The notes: a model not told the origin generated them from the letters alone. 64,000 nucleotides of DNA from Candidatus Omnitrophota bacterium (GCA_903908245.1 CAIVRE010000009.1:677-64676); one strand, 5' to 3'; numbered from the stretch's first letter, positions 19,215 through 28,277 are shown. A program made the numbers and translations.

Positions 19215-22200
19215 TTACAGACCGCCTGCGGCGTTCGGCTGAATTCCCAGGAACTGTTGTAAACTTTCCGCCGGAAGTATCGACATGATCACCGGGGAAA
19301 ATCCTTCCGCGTCCTGCAGTCGCTGAAGCATGACCGGATCGATATTAAATGTAATCTCCCCGCCCTGATTGCGCACCACCAACCCCAGCTTGTCCGCGTT
19401 AAGATCGATACCACCTTTGGTGTCTCCTGTTGGCAAATGCCCGACAGGCACCGCACTACCAGCCGAAGACAACAAACTATCAGGGACTTGATAATCAGAC
19501 CGCAAAAGACCCATTGCTTTAAACACATCACAATAAAAACCAACATCCTTATCTGACATGCCGTCAAACATAAAATTCCTTCTTCCCGACCCATAGCCCT
19601 GGAACAACCAAGCCATCACCTCTTTACCCAACCGCTCATCAGACCCGATGGTGCGATTACTGAGAATATCGGCAAGAACATCCCCGTATGTCCCGCTGAT
19701 CCTGTTCTTTAATACCTCCCATTTACCTGCACTCTGAAGTCGTTGTAGCATGTTAAGAACGATTTCCGGGGACTTTTGCTGATAAGCATGCAATAACTCA
19801 TGCAGGATCGACGCCTTTGTCTCTTGTCGAATATATTCTGCAGCGACACGATACGGATCCCTGTTCATCGAACGCGCCTCGAGAGCGATCTTGTCAACAA
19901 CATCGCCCCTCTTATTGATCAACGCAGCGCCTATGGCCATATTCAACATCTGTTCTTTGCTTTTGAAAATAGGGCGGAAACAAATCCCCGTCGCAGGATC
20001 AAAGAAAAAGAACGGGGTTGCGCTCATGTTCAATTGCATGAATGCCCCGCCATTCCCGACAAACGGCGCTTTCTGAAAACTCTCAGGATCTTTGATATTG
20101 ATGCCCAACTTCTCCAACAGATCCCCGAGCACAGGATTGGCAAGCGCCTCTCCACGGGCCTGACGAAGATATTCCTCCTGCCCCTTCTCGCCGAACACAT
20201 CCAAATGCCCTTCAGGGATCTTGTCATTACTGGCAATATAACCGGTCAAGCCATTGCCTTTACTTGCAGGAACTTTTATTGAATTTCCATTAAGTCCATC
20301 GAGAACAGATAAGACGCTCCCCAATTCTTTTGTGATACCCGGGCCCAATTCTCCTCTGTTGTTCGGTGCAAGCGGCGCTCCATCCCGACTAAAAGAACCG
20401 ATCCCCGCAGACTCTCCGGTCCAGCTCACCGCCACTGGCGATCCAAATGCAAGATAATTCTGCAGTCCCGTCATCCCTATAAAAGCCGTACCTTGAGGAG
20501 CCGCCTTCAAACGCTCTCTCAGACCATTCACGGCCGATTTATACTCTTCAATTGTTTGTTGGGCCTCCTTGATCTGCGCATTAATGAACTCAATGAAAGC
20601 CCCCATTCTCGCTTGAACAACATACGGGCGTCCGTCGGGTGTTCGATCGTATTGAAACCCATTCAATAACTGTCCCGTACGTCCCAGGGCTTCCGGACTG
20701 ATCCCGGACTCTAAATAACCTTTGGCCCAATCAAGGAATTTTTGAGACTGAAGCAGATCAACACTCATACTCGACATTTGATGCAAATACCCCCTCACAT
20801 TCCCAACGGGGTCTGCGAGCTCTTCATCAAAAATAACACGCACGGACTTTCCGTTCGATGAAGTGAACCTGAACCCGCCTTGAGTGCTCATCTGCCCATT
20901 GATATCCGCCGATCTTGGCACAAGAATGACCCGCCCACCCATCCGGCGATCAACCTGAAAAGTCACCACAAAGTCACCATCAAAGATCACCCCTGAGAAA
21001 CCATTATTCAAGATCAACTTTGCCTTGTGTCCCGTATATTGAAGCATGTTATCGCCTAAAGTTGCAACAGACAGGGCCCCATCCCTATCCAACTCAACCC
21101 GGTTAAGATACTGATCCCATCCCTCGGATGCTCTGCCATTGGCCCGGAGAACTCCTTCATTAAGACCCCCCTGAAACACGACCCTGTCGCGTGCTATTTC
21201 CTGGCTCCCGGCAACAGCAGCACTTCCAGGATCTTTGGCCGCCTGGACCACCCCAGCAATGCCCGCATTGGCATTATTAAATGTGGTAAGCGTCATCGAG
21301 ACGACCAACATCCCGAGGAATGCCGCCCGCGAGAACCCCCCGGTCATTTGCGCCGGGCTTGCCGTCACATTCAACACCGGCGACATCGCGAAGTTCACTC
21401 CACCCGAGAAATACTTCCGCGGGATCATCTCGTCGGCGTAAACATCCCGTTCTTCTTTGATGTAATTGAACGCACCCTTCTTGAACGCCTCAACGTAACG
21501 ACCCCAGATCTTTTCCGACTCCTTCGGGTCATCAATGTTGACCCCCGCGACCTTTTTCTGGTCGACGTAAACCTTGCTAAGAATGCTCGCCTTCACCTTT
21601 TTCTTATACCAGGCCGCCAGGATCAGCGATTGATACACCTGGCGCAACCGCGTAAAGTTCCTGCCTTCATTGACCTCTTTCTCAAGCAAAGGAAGGACGA
21701 TCTCCCGGATAACATTCTTGGTGAGTTCCTGCGTTTCCGGCACAACACCATTGCCTGAAAGCTCTGGCGCCTTCACCACCGCATTATCCAGCGCAACATA
21801 ATCGCTCTCCAGCATGACCTTGAGCCTGCTGGCAACAACAAAAGCCTTATCCCCGTTCTCAAAGACCTCGGCCTCGGCAGGAACGATCCAGACTTTATTA
21901 AAAGTGTCCACGGGAATGTCCGTTGTGCCGTACTGCTCGGCCGCTCTGCGATAAACCTCGGCCCAGAATTTTTTGCCTGCTTCACTCTCGGGATAAATGG
22001 CGGATGCGGTCACCTGCTTGAGCAAATAGTCCTGCGCCAGAAGATCGCGCCCCATCTCGCTCCGCCCGAATTCATCAGGGATGATGCGGTCTTTCTCGTA
22101 AGGCGAAAGGTTCACCCACAGATCCGTCTCGGGAACGGTCAGGCTGGCCAGAAAATATTTGATCAACCGGTTCGATTCGTCTTTTAATTCAGCACCAGGA

Positions 22201-22448
22201 TACACGGAATCACCTTTATCCAGAAGGAACTCGAAGCGGAACGGATCGTCGGGATGGACCTTGATTCCTTTAAGGACAGGCGGATTAAACGTTGAGCTTA
22301 ACTCAACCCGACTACCCGGTGCCGGTAAATACAAGGCACCCTGAGCATATGCATCGGGAACGATCTGGGCAAGGACCAATAAAAAAGAAAGGGCGCTGAC
22401 TGCGCCCTTTCGAAGAAAGCTGTAAATGCTTCCCGTCTTATTCATCAT
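19215..22448 (-). CDS. Bracket-family paralog 3 (1077 aa): signal peptide, conserved N-domain, internal signal-like segment, cargo with HExxH metallopeptidase motif, conserved C-tail
   Basis: DLWVNLSPYEKDRI and PRKYFSGG. ILHELLH followed by KEVMAW. Tail KGGIDL...GFSPVIMSILP..L..FLG. Confidence 0.85.
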   Translation of the reverse strand: MMNKTGSIYSFLRKGAVSALSFLLVLAQIVPDAYAQGALYLPAPGSRVELSSTFNPPVLKGIKVHPDDPFRFEFLLDKGDSVYPGAELKDESNRLIKYFLASLTVPETDLWVNLSPYEKDRIIPDEFGRSEMGRDLLAQDYLLKQVTASAIYPESEAGKKFWAEVYRRAAEQYGTTDIPVDTFNKVWIVPAEAEVFENGDKAFVVASRLKVMLESDYVALDNAVVKAPELSGNGVVPETQELTKNVIREIVLPLLEKEVNEGRNFTRLRQVYQSLILAAWYKKKVKASILSKVYVDQKKVAGVNIDDPKESEKIWGRYVEAFKKGAFNYIKEERDVYADEMIPRKYFSGGVNFAMSPVLNVTASPAQMTGGFSRAAFLGMLVVSMTLTTFNNANAGIAGVVQAAKDPGSAAVAGSQEIARDRVVFQGGLNEGVLRANGRASEGWDQYLNRVELDRDGALSVATLGDNMLQYTGHKAKLILNNGFSGVIFDGDFVVTFQVDRRMGGRVILVPRSADINGQMSTQGGFRFTSSNGKSVRVIFDEELADPVGNVRGYLHQMSSMSVDLLQSQKFLDWAKGYLESGISPEALGRTGQLLNGFQYDRTPDGRPYVVQARMGAFIEFINAQIKEAQQTIEEYKSAVNGLRERLKAAPQGTAFIGMTGLQNYLAFGSPVAVSWTGESAGIGSFSRDGAPLAPNNRGELGPGITKELGSVLSVLDGLNGNSIKVPASKGNGLTGYIASNDKIPEGHLDVFGEKGQEEYLRQARGEALANPVLGDLLEKLGINIKDPESFQKAPFVGNGGAFMQLNMSATPFFFFDPATGICFRPIFKSKEQMLNMAIGAALINKRGDVVDKIALEARSMNRDPYRVAAEYIRQETKASILHELLHAYQQKSPEIVLNMLQRLQSAGKWEVLKNRISGTYGDVLADILSNRTIGSDERLGKEVMAWLFQGYGSGRRNFMFDGMSDKDVGFYCDVFKAMGLLRSDYQVPDSLLSSAGSAVPVGHLPTGDTKGGIDLNADKLGLVVRNQGGEITFNIDPVMLQRLQDAEGFSPVIMSILPAESLQQFLGIQPNAAGGL

Positions 22449-22544
22449 TTCCAGTGCCTTTACTCTGCCCCTTATTGACGACCCTCACCTGTTAAAATAT
22501 AACACTATTAAAAGGTAAAGATAAGGGCACGGGCCTTAAACCAG

Positions 22545-22558
22545 GAAAACGTTTTCTC
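22545..22558. promoter_or_regulatory. Palindromic operator-like site upstream of paralog 3
   Basis: Perfect 12-bp palindrome GAAAACGTTTTC plus TC, about 97 bp upstream of the start. Confidence 0.4.
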
Positions 22559-22765
22559 CGCCGGTCCGAGATAAATCTTAAACACGCGTTAGACAGTAAG
22601 GATAAGACAAAAAAGCAAGCTCCGGTTGTCCGGTAAACCCCACAAGTCGAGCTGCCTTCCATGCGGTCCCATCCGGCCCGGTTATAACGGAATTTGCCGC
22701 CAAAATTACAGGCACTGATGCCAAGGCTTATGCTTTAAGGACACAATCCATATGAACTCTCCGGC

Positions 22766-23272
22766 TTATAGCTTTCTGCTGTCGTAAGCCCAGTGAAGAA
22801 CAGCCTGACGATGCCTTGGACGACAGGACATATCGCCTTTAGCACAGTACTTCTTGATCTGGGAAATATGCCTGACCATGGCCTTCCAGCGCCTGATCTG
22901 CCGCTGATCCTCTTCCGGCAAACGCCGGCCCATATAGTACCGGCAATACCACTGGAACCATCCCCGCGGGTCTTCCGGATAGATCCATAATTTCTTTTGC
23001 CAATACGATAAAGGGTTACTGGCGTTCACCCCAAAACAATTCAGATCCGGATCATGCTTCTCAGGACAAAGTTTTGCTTTCTTGAACCAGCTCGCTGGGA
23101 ATTCATTCCGGCAATCGGTCATGTATTTTCCGCCAAAGACACCCAGCTCTAACATTTGTTTTGGCGTCAGCTCTGGCTTAAATCCCTTATCAAAATTCCG
23201 GCCCATGAGTTCCGAGATAATATATCGATAATCCCGCTGCATCTTATCATTAACAATGATCGTTCTTTTCAT
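22766..23272 (-). CDS. Conserved hypothetical protein (Trp/Tyr/Arg-rich family of unknown function)
   Basis: Strongly patterned motifs LTPKQMLELGVFGGKY, DPRGWFQWYCRYYMGRR and RQAVLHWAYD. Confidence 0.8.
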   Translation of the reverse strand: MKRTIIVNDKMQRDYRYIISELMGRNFDKGFKPELTPKQMLELGVFGGKYMTDCRNEFPASWFKKAKLCPEKHDPDLNCFGVNASNPLSYWQKKLWIYPEDPRGWFQWYCRYYMGRRLPEEDQRQIRRWKAMVRHISQIKKYCAKGDMSCRPRHRQAVLHWAYDSRKL

Positions 23273-23448
23273 TAAAAAACACCCTTGAATATGTGAACTA
23301 AGACATCTTTCATAAACGGCGGCTGAAAACTAAAACCTCCGTCCAATAACTTCTTGGAACAACACGCTGACCAGCCAAAACAACATCGGCTACCTTTGAT
23401 CCGCCCTGACAAATACCAGTTTTAGTTATGCTTCCGAAACGTCAAAAA

Positions 23449-24006
23449 CTATTTGCAAGGCAGAGCCTTTTCGATCGCAGACACCAGCGCTGGATCGAGC
23501 GGGATGACACCGCTGTCAAAGCGGGCAACCACTTGGCCGTTACCATCAATAAGGAACTTGTTGAAGTTCCAGGTCACGGGCCCCTTAAAGGGTGGATCCT
23601 CCGTCAAATACCTGAACAAAGGATCGATGTCCGCGCCCTTGACGCTTGTTTTCGCGAACAAGGGAAAAGTGGTCTTGTACTTAAGCTCACAAAAATTCTT
23701 GATCTCCTCATTGCCTCCCGGTTCCTGCCCCATGAAATTATTGGCCGGAAATGCAAGAACAACGAAACCGCGATCCTTGTAACGCAAGTACAATTCCTCC
23801 AGCCCTTTATACTGCGGGGTAAACCCGCAGCGGGAAGCTGTGTTAACGACCAGAACAACCTTCCCCTTGTAATCCGCCAGGGACTCTGTCTCTCCATTGA
23901 TTTTCTGCATACTGAACGAATAAATATTCATGGGCGCCTCCTCTGCATAGGCCGGATCCGCAATTACTATTGATAATAAAATTAAAGAAAATGTAATGAC
24001 TCTCAT
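23449..24006 (-). CDS. Glutathione peroxidase family protein with N-terminal signal peptide
   Basis: VNTASRCGFTPQY, LAFPANNF..QEPG and WNFNKFLI motifs. Confidence 0.92.
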   Translation of the reverse strand: MRVITFSLILLSIVIADPAYAEEAPMNIYSFSMQKINGETESLADYKGKVVLVVNTASRCGFTPQYKGLEELYLRYKDRGFVVLAFPANNFMGQEPGGNEEIKNFCELKYKTTFPLFAKTSVKGADIDPLFRYLTEDPPFKGPVTWNFNKFLIDGNGQVVARFDSGVIPLDPALVSAIEKALPCK

Positions 24007-24053
24007 TATTCCCTTTCTAAAAGTAAAACCGATCTAAGAGAGGTACCCTTTCG

Positions 24054-24707
24054 CTAATTGTCAACAGCCACGCCGGTCACGAACAGCACTGCATACTCTT
24101 GCTTGTTGCAGCCCTTAACTGAAGGCATAAGGACTTCTGGAGCAACCGGGAATATCGTACTTTGAACCATGGTCGGCAAACACGGATCATCACTTTTAGC
24201 CGGTGTGTAGCGCGCCGCGTGGCATGCGAGGTGCGTCACATCATAAAGCTTCGCGCCTCTATCAAGTTCCCAATGCTCCACGCCATCCTTATCCATAGAA
24301 TGAATAGTCAGTAAAGCGGTGACTTCCCGACCGCCTGTAACGACGTATTTGCCGGGAGGAAGCGGAAAGATCGGTTTTTCCATGATCAAGCCGTGTTCCT
24401 CCAGCCACCAATCCTTATCATCATATTTCCACTGTGCTGAAGCGATCCCGCCTGAAGCCTTTAACTTTTCGTAATCTTTCAGCATACATCCCCGAGGGCC
24501 AGGGTCTTGATGCCACAGACCCCAGAATTGGGCATTGCTTCCGGAGTTTGCGGCCGGATCACCCAGCGCCACGATGTACTCCATTGGAATGTGCTTGAAG
24601 ACCGTCTGAGCTCCACTCTCAGCTCGAGCCGAATATGCCCCGGCGAGCATTATAATGATCAAACACACGACCAAGAGCACGAAACGTAAGCAGCTGAACA
24701 TTCTCAT
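24054..24707 (-). CDS. Secreted hypothetical protein
   Basis: Signal peptide ending ARA, Trp/Cys-rich mature part. RBS GAGG upstream of the ATG at 24707. Confidence 0.7.
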   Translation of the reverse strand: MRMFSCLRFVLLVVCLIIIMLAGAYSARAESGAQTVFKHIPMEYIVALGDPAANSGSNAQFWGLWHQDPGPRGCMLKDYEKLKASGGIASAQWKYDDKDWWLEEHGLIMEKPIFPLPPGKYVVTGGREVTALLTIHSMDKDGVEHWELDRGAKLYDVTHLACHAARYTPAKSDDPCLPTMVQSTIFPVAPEVLMPSVKGCNKQEYAVLFVTGVAVDN

Positions 24708-24727
24708 AAAAATACCCTCATCCAATT

Positions 24728-24826
24728 CTACGCACAGACCCAACCACAATCATCGGGCTCTGTCGAAGTGGGCAGCGCAGGCACATTGATGACAGCTGTT
24801 TTAGGTTTACGCGCATACTTTTTCAT
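24728..24826 (-). CDS. Unannotated 32-aa peptide MKKYARKPKTAVINVPALPTSTEPDDCGWVCA
   Basis: Manual translation. Strong RBS GGGGGTGA upstream of the ATG. Lies between a terminator and the next gene. Confidence 0.55.
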   Translation of the reverse strand: MKKYARKPKTAVINVPALPTSTEPDDCGWVCA

Positions 24827-24904
24827 ATAAATCACCCCCCTAAATTATGTCGAAACCAATAAAGGGTTCTTACATTATATTCAAACAAAGAAATGACATG
24901 CTTA

Positions 24905-24940
24905 ATAAAAAACCTTCGGACTTTTTGATCATCCGAAGGT
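24905..24940 (-). terminator. Rho-independent terminator after the hslR-like gene
   Basis: ACCTTCGGA...TCCGAAGGT stem followed by a U-tract on the minus strand. Confidence 0.7.
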
Positions 24941-24983
24941 CTTAAACAGGACCGAACCTCTAGCCTCTCAACTGCTTCCCCTT

Positions 24984-25379
24984 TTACAAACCCAACACAC
25001 GCTCTATTTCCCTGCGCTCTTTTTTTGTCGGGCGGCCTTCCCCTTTAGCGCGACGCGGCACCCATCCGCCCCGAATGAGTACAAGTTTATTCTTTTCCTC
25101 CTCGGGTGTTATATCCTCACAACAATCTTTTGCAACCTGAGCACCTACACGCTTATCGATGCATTTCAAAACCCGATACTGCCAGCAAACCCCCTCTTTG
25201 CGGACAACAATGACCTGCCCTACCATGACATCCCGTGAGGGCTTAACTTGCTGCCCATTAATACTGACCTTATGCCTTTTGCACAGATCCGTTGCCATTA
25301 ACCGCGTCTTACAGATCCGCACAGACCATAACCATTTGTCGATACGAACAACAACTGGAATAAGAGAGGTCGCGATCAA
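24984..25379 (-). CDS. hslR: Ribosome-associated heat shock protein Hsp15 (S4 domain)
   Basis: RIDKWLWSVR, KPSR.V and GRPTKKERR motifs. Confidence 0.88.
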   Translation of the reverse strand: MIATSLIPVVVRIDKWLWSVRICKTRLMATDLCKRHKVSINGQQVKPSRDVMVGQVIVVRKEGVCWQYRVLKCIDKRVGAQVAKDCCEDITPEEEKNKLVLIRGGWVPRRAKGEGRPTKKERREIERVLGL

Positions 25380-26188
25380 TAAACCTCAGGGACAAAATGC
25401 TGGCTGTCGATCGGCGGACGCTTATATCCTTCTTTTCTCTGGCGTGGCGGCATCTTGATCGGCTGAGGGGTAAGATCCTTATACGAGATCAGTGTAAGCA
25501 GATGATGGATACAATTTAGACGCGCCCTCTTCTTGTCATCCGCATTCACCACATTCCAGCGGGCCTCTTTAATATCCGTACTTTTCATCATGACATCCTT
25601 GGCCTTGGAATAATCGACCCATTTGGAACGCGACTGAAGGTCCATCGGCGAAAGCTTCCAGCGGCGGACCGGATCCGTCATTCGGCTCTGAAACCGTTTC
25701 TCCTGCTCGTCATCGCTCACCGAGAACCAGTATTTCACAAGGATGATCCCGGAACGAATGATCATCCGCTCAAACTCCGGACAAGAGAACAAAAACTCTT
25801 TGTATTCCTCTTTGGTACAAAAACCCATCACATGCTCAACACCCGCACGGTTGTACCAGCTGCGGTCAAAGAGCACCATTTCCCCGGCGCAGGGCAACTG
25901 CGCCACATACCGCTGAAAATACCACTGGGCCTTCTCCTTCTCGGTAGGGGTCGCAAGGGCCACAACCCGGCAAACACGCGGATTTAAGTTTTGGGTAATA
26001 CGCTTGATAACCCCCCCTTTTCCGGCCGCATCCCGTCCTTCAAAAATAACAACAACCTTCAAGCCCTTGGCCTTGATCCATTCCTGCAGCTTCACCAACT
26101 CACGCTGCATTCGCGCCAGCTCTTTCTCGTAAAACTTATTCTTTAACTTCTTGCCCTTGTGGTCTTTCTTGTCCTTTTCATCTTTCAT
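25376..26188 (-). CDS. ppk2: Polyphosphate kinase 2
   Basis: FEGRDAAGKGG, FDRSWYNRAGVE, WKLSPMD and DDKKRARLN motifs. Confidence 0.95.
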   Translation of the reverse strand: MKDEKDKKDHKGKKLKNKFYEKELARMQRELVKLQEWIKAKGLKVVVIFEGRDAAGKGGVIKRITQNLNPRVCRVVALATPTEKEKAQWYFQRYVAQLPCAGEMVLFDRSWYNRAGVEHVMGFCTKEEYKEFLFSCPEFERMIIRSGIILVKYWFSVSDDEQEKRFQSRMTDPVRRWKLSPMDLQSRSKWVDYSKAKDVMMKSTDIKEARWNVVNADDKKRARLNCIHHLLTLISYKDLTPQPIKMPPRQRKEGYKRPPIDSQHFVPEVY

Positions 26189-26206
26189 AGCCCCTCCAGT
26201 GGAGAA

Positions 26207-26668
26207 TCAGCCTGTTCCTAAACGGATCTTGAAGACCAGTTTCTTGACTTCGCAATGGCCTTCATCCGGTGAGCACAAAGGGCGGTGAGCCTCGCCAGGA
26301 AAAAATACGGCAAACTCACCCGCACGGATCAGATTTCGGGTTATATCTTTTTCGGCCTTAAAGAACTGGCAATCCGTTTTCGGGTCATATTCCGTCAAAG
26401 GCGCCAACGCATCCTCCGGGGCCGTCTCCATCACTTCCCGGCCCTGAACAACATACTGCAGATCCATATACTCACGGTGCGTTTCAAACTTGCCATCTTT
26501 GGGATCCCTGGTAGGGCCTTGCGATGCCCGCAGGAAAAGCTCACGGCCTTTGATCTCAAGCTCCGGCGCAAATGGGCCGGCGATATCCGCCGCCGCAAGA
26601 AAGCGTGCGATCTCTTTCCTGGATGAAATATTATACCGCCCCAAATTCTTGATATTATCGATGATCAC
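26207..26668 (-). CDS. YhcH/YjgK/YiaL (NanQ-like) family protein
   Basis: FETHREYMDLQY..G.E, FAVFFPGEAHRP and VKKLVFKI motifs. Confidence 0.88.
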   Translation of the reverse strand: MIIDNIKNLGRYNISSRKEIARFLAAADIAGPFAPELEIKGRELFLRASQGPTRDPKDGKFETHREYMDLQYVVQGREVMETAPEDALAPLTEYDPKTDCQFFKAEKDITRNLIRAGEFAVFFPGEAHRPLCSPDEGHCEVKKLVFKIRLGTG

Positions 26669-26682
26669 AAAAACTTCTCCTC

Positions 26683-27537
26683 TCAGCTTTTTCTTGTAAG
26701 ACGCTGCCTGAAAAACGGAAGGTTCCTTTCAGAAGAGAGAAAATAATAATCTTTCAACTTCCACGGAGCCTCGCCACGCTCAAAGGCCGCAGTATCAAGG
26801 AACTCGAGAGGCTTCCCGTCGGAGAAAGCATACAGGTTCAACCCCGCCTTCAGGAATATCGGCCAGGACCCCGCCAGGTCCCAGAAATGGACCTTGGCCA
26901 GCGAACCACAGCCACGGCCGATAGCGGGCCAGCAGAATTCACAGACCGCGGCCGCAAGAATGATCACCCGGCAATCCGTTTCTTTCCATTCAAACTTCGA
27001 AAGGATATCATCTGTCGCAATAAAGACGGAACGATTCGAAAGCTCTTCATCCACCGGAACAATCTTTGTTTTGACTTGCGCTGGCGTGAACGCATCTTTA
27101 ACAAAATACGCCGCGTCACCGTCACAATAAAATAATTCATTCAATGATGGAAAAAAGACCATGCCCAGCCAGGGGCGGCGCTCCTTCATCAGGCCGATGG
27201 AAATACCATAATACGGGATACGATTGGCATAAGCACGCGTGGCATCGATGGGATCAAGCGACCAGACAAATGGATGGGCATCAAGGAATGCATCATCCAG
27301 ATATTCACCGCGACGGGGATCTTCCTCATCAATAAGGACATGACGGCCGGACTTGATGAACGGGGATAATTTCCTGGCAGCCAAAGCAGAGATCTTAAGG
27401 TCAGTCTCGGTAATGACCGAGTTGTCAGGCTTTAACGATGAACGATTGCCATTGATAAGGCTTAAGGCAATGCCGCCACCTTCTTGCACCAGCTCGAACA
27501 TCACCTTCAGGCAGCTCTCGGCCGAAATCTCGCTCAT
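26683..27537 (-). CDS. Inositol monophosphatase family protein
   Basis: VITETD, DEE, WSLDPIDAT and WDLAG motifs. Confidence 0.85.
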   Translation of the reverse strand: MSEISAESCLKVMFELVQEGGGIALSLINGNRSSLKPDNSVITETDLKISALAARKLSPFIKSGRHVLIDEEDPRRGEYLDDAFLDAHPFVWSLDPIDATRAYANRIPYYGISIGLMKERRPWLGMVFFPSLNELFYCDGDAAYFVKDAFTPAQVKTKIVPVDEELSNRSVFIATDDILSKFEWKETDCRVIILAAAVCEFCWPAIGRGCGSLAKVHFWDLAGSWPIFLKAGLNLYAFSDGKPLEFLDTAAFERGEAPWKLKDYYFLSSERNLPFFRQRLTRKS

Positions 27538-28277
27538 ATAATGCCTGCGGTATTCTCGAGGATCCAGGCCTGACGGCCGTCCAGGCGCTGGACCTTGATC
27601 CAGCCTTCCTTATGGCGAAGGATCCTGATCTGCTCACCTTCGGGGAGCTTGAAATACACTGTCGCCTGGGTCGACGGCTCAAATCGGGCTTCCGTCTTTG
27701 TCAGGATAACCGCACGGCCCAGCATATCGAAAAAATGAACACTGAAACCAACAAGAATATACCCGGCGACCAGCAGTGATAAACCGGTCCAAAGGATCAC
27801 CCTCTTGAGCGGCAGGCTCACATAAAGGCACCACAGCCAAACCACACCTGCCAGCATAAACGAAAGAAGCGCCAGCCATTTAAATTCACCGGAAGACAAA
27901 GATGAAAATACCCCGAACCAGCGGCTGTGTGAAGAAACCGTCTTTTCCGATTCATACTGTTCAACCGCCTGACGGGCAAAAACCAGATTGGCCCGGATAT
28001 CCCCGTCACGGGGCGCAAGGCGCTCGGCACGCAGGTAATTGATCATGGACTTGCCCAGGTTCCCCGCCCTGAAATAACTATTCCCAAGATTAAAATACAC
28101 CGCGGCGCTTTCAACGCCCGCGTCTTTAAGAACCCGCTCATTAAGGCTGACAGCCGCAGGATAATCCCCGGCCTGGTATTTTTGGACAGCCTGGGCAAAA
28201 AAATCCTCCCCCTGGCCGGCGAATACCCAGGAGGCCATACCAAAGAAGAAAAGAGAAACGAGCAATTTCATCCTCAT
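27534..28277 (-). CDS. BatE-like TPR plus SH3 membrane protein
   Basis: TPR YFNLGNSYFR, two TM helices and a C-terminal SH3-like GWIKV segment. Last gene of the bat cluster. Confidence 0.8.
   Translation of the reverse strand: MRMKLLVSLFFFGMASWVFAGQGEDFFAQAVQKYQAGDYPAAVSLNERVLKDAGVESAAVYFNLGNSYFRAGNLGKSMINYLRAERLAPRDGDIRANLVFARQAVEQYESEKTVSSHSRWFGVFSSLSSGEFKWLALLSFMLAGVVWLWCLYVSLPLKRVILWTGLSLLVAGYILVGFSVHFFDMLGRAVILTKTEARFEPSTQATVYFKLPEGEQIRILRHKEGWIKVQRLDGRQAWILENTAGII

Noticed and set aside
15127-22448. Idea that the bracket genes are mobile elements, inteins or DGR targets
   Set aside because: No transposase, integrase or reverse transcriptase, no terminal repeats or target duplications, and no intein Cys/His-Asn splice motifs seen.
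23428-23973. 181-aa plus-strand ORF
   Set aside because: Antisense to the clear glutathione peroxidase gene.
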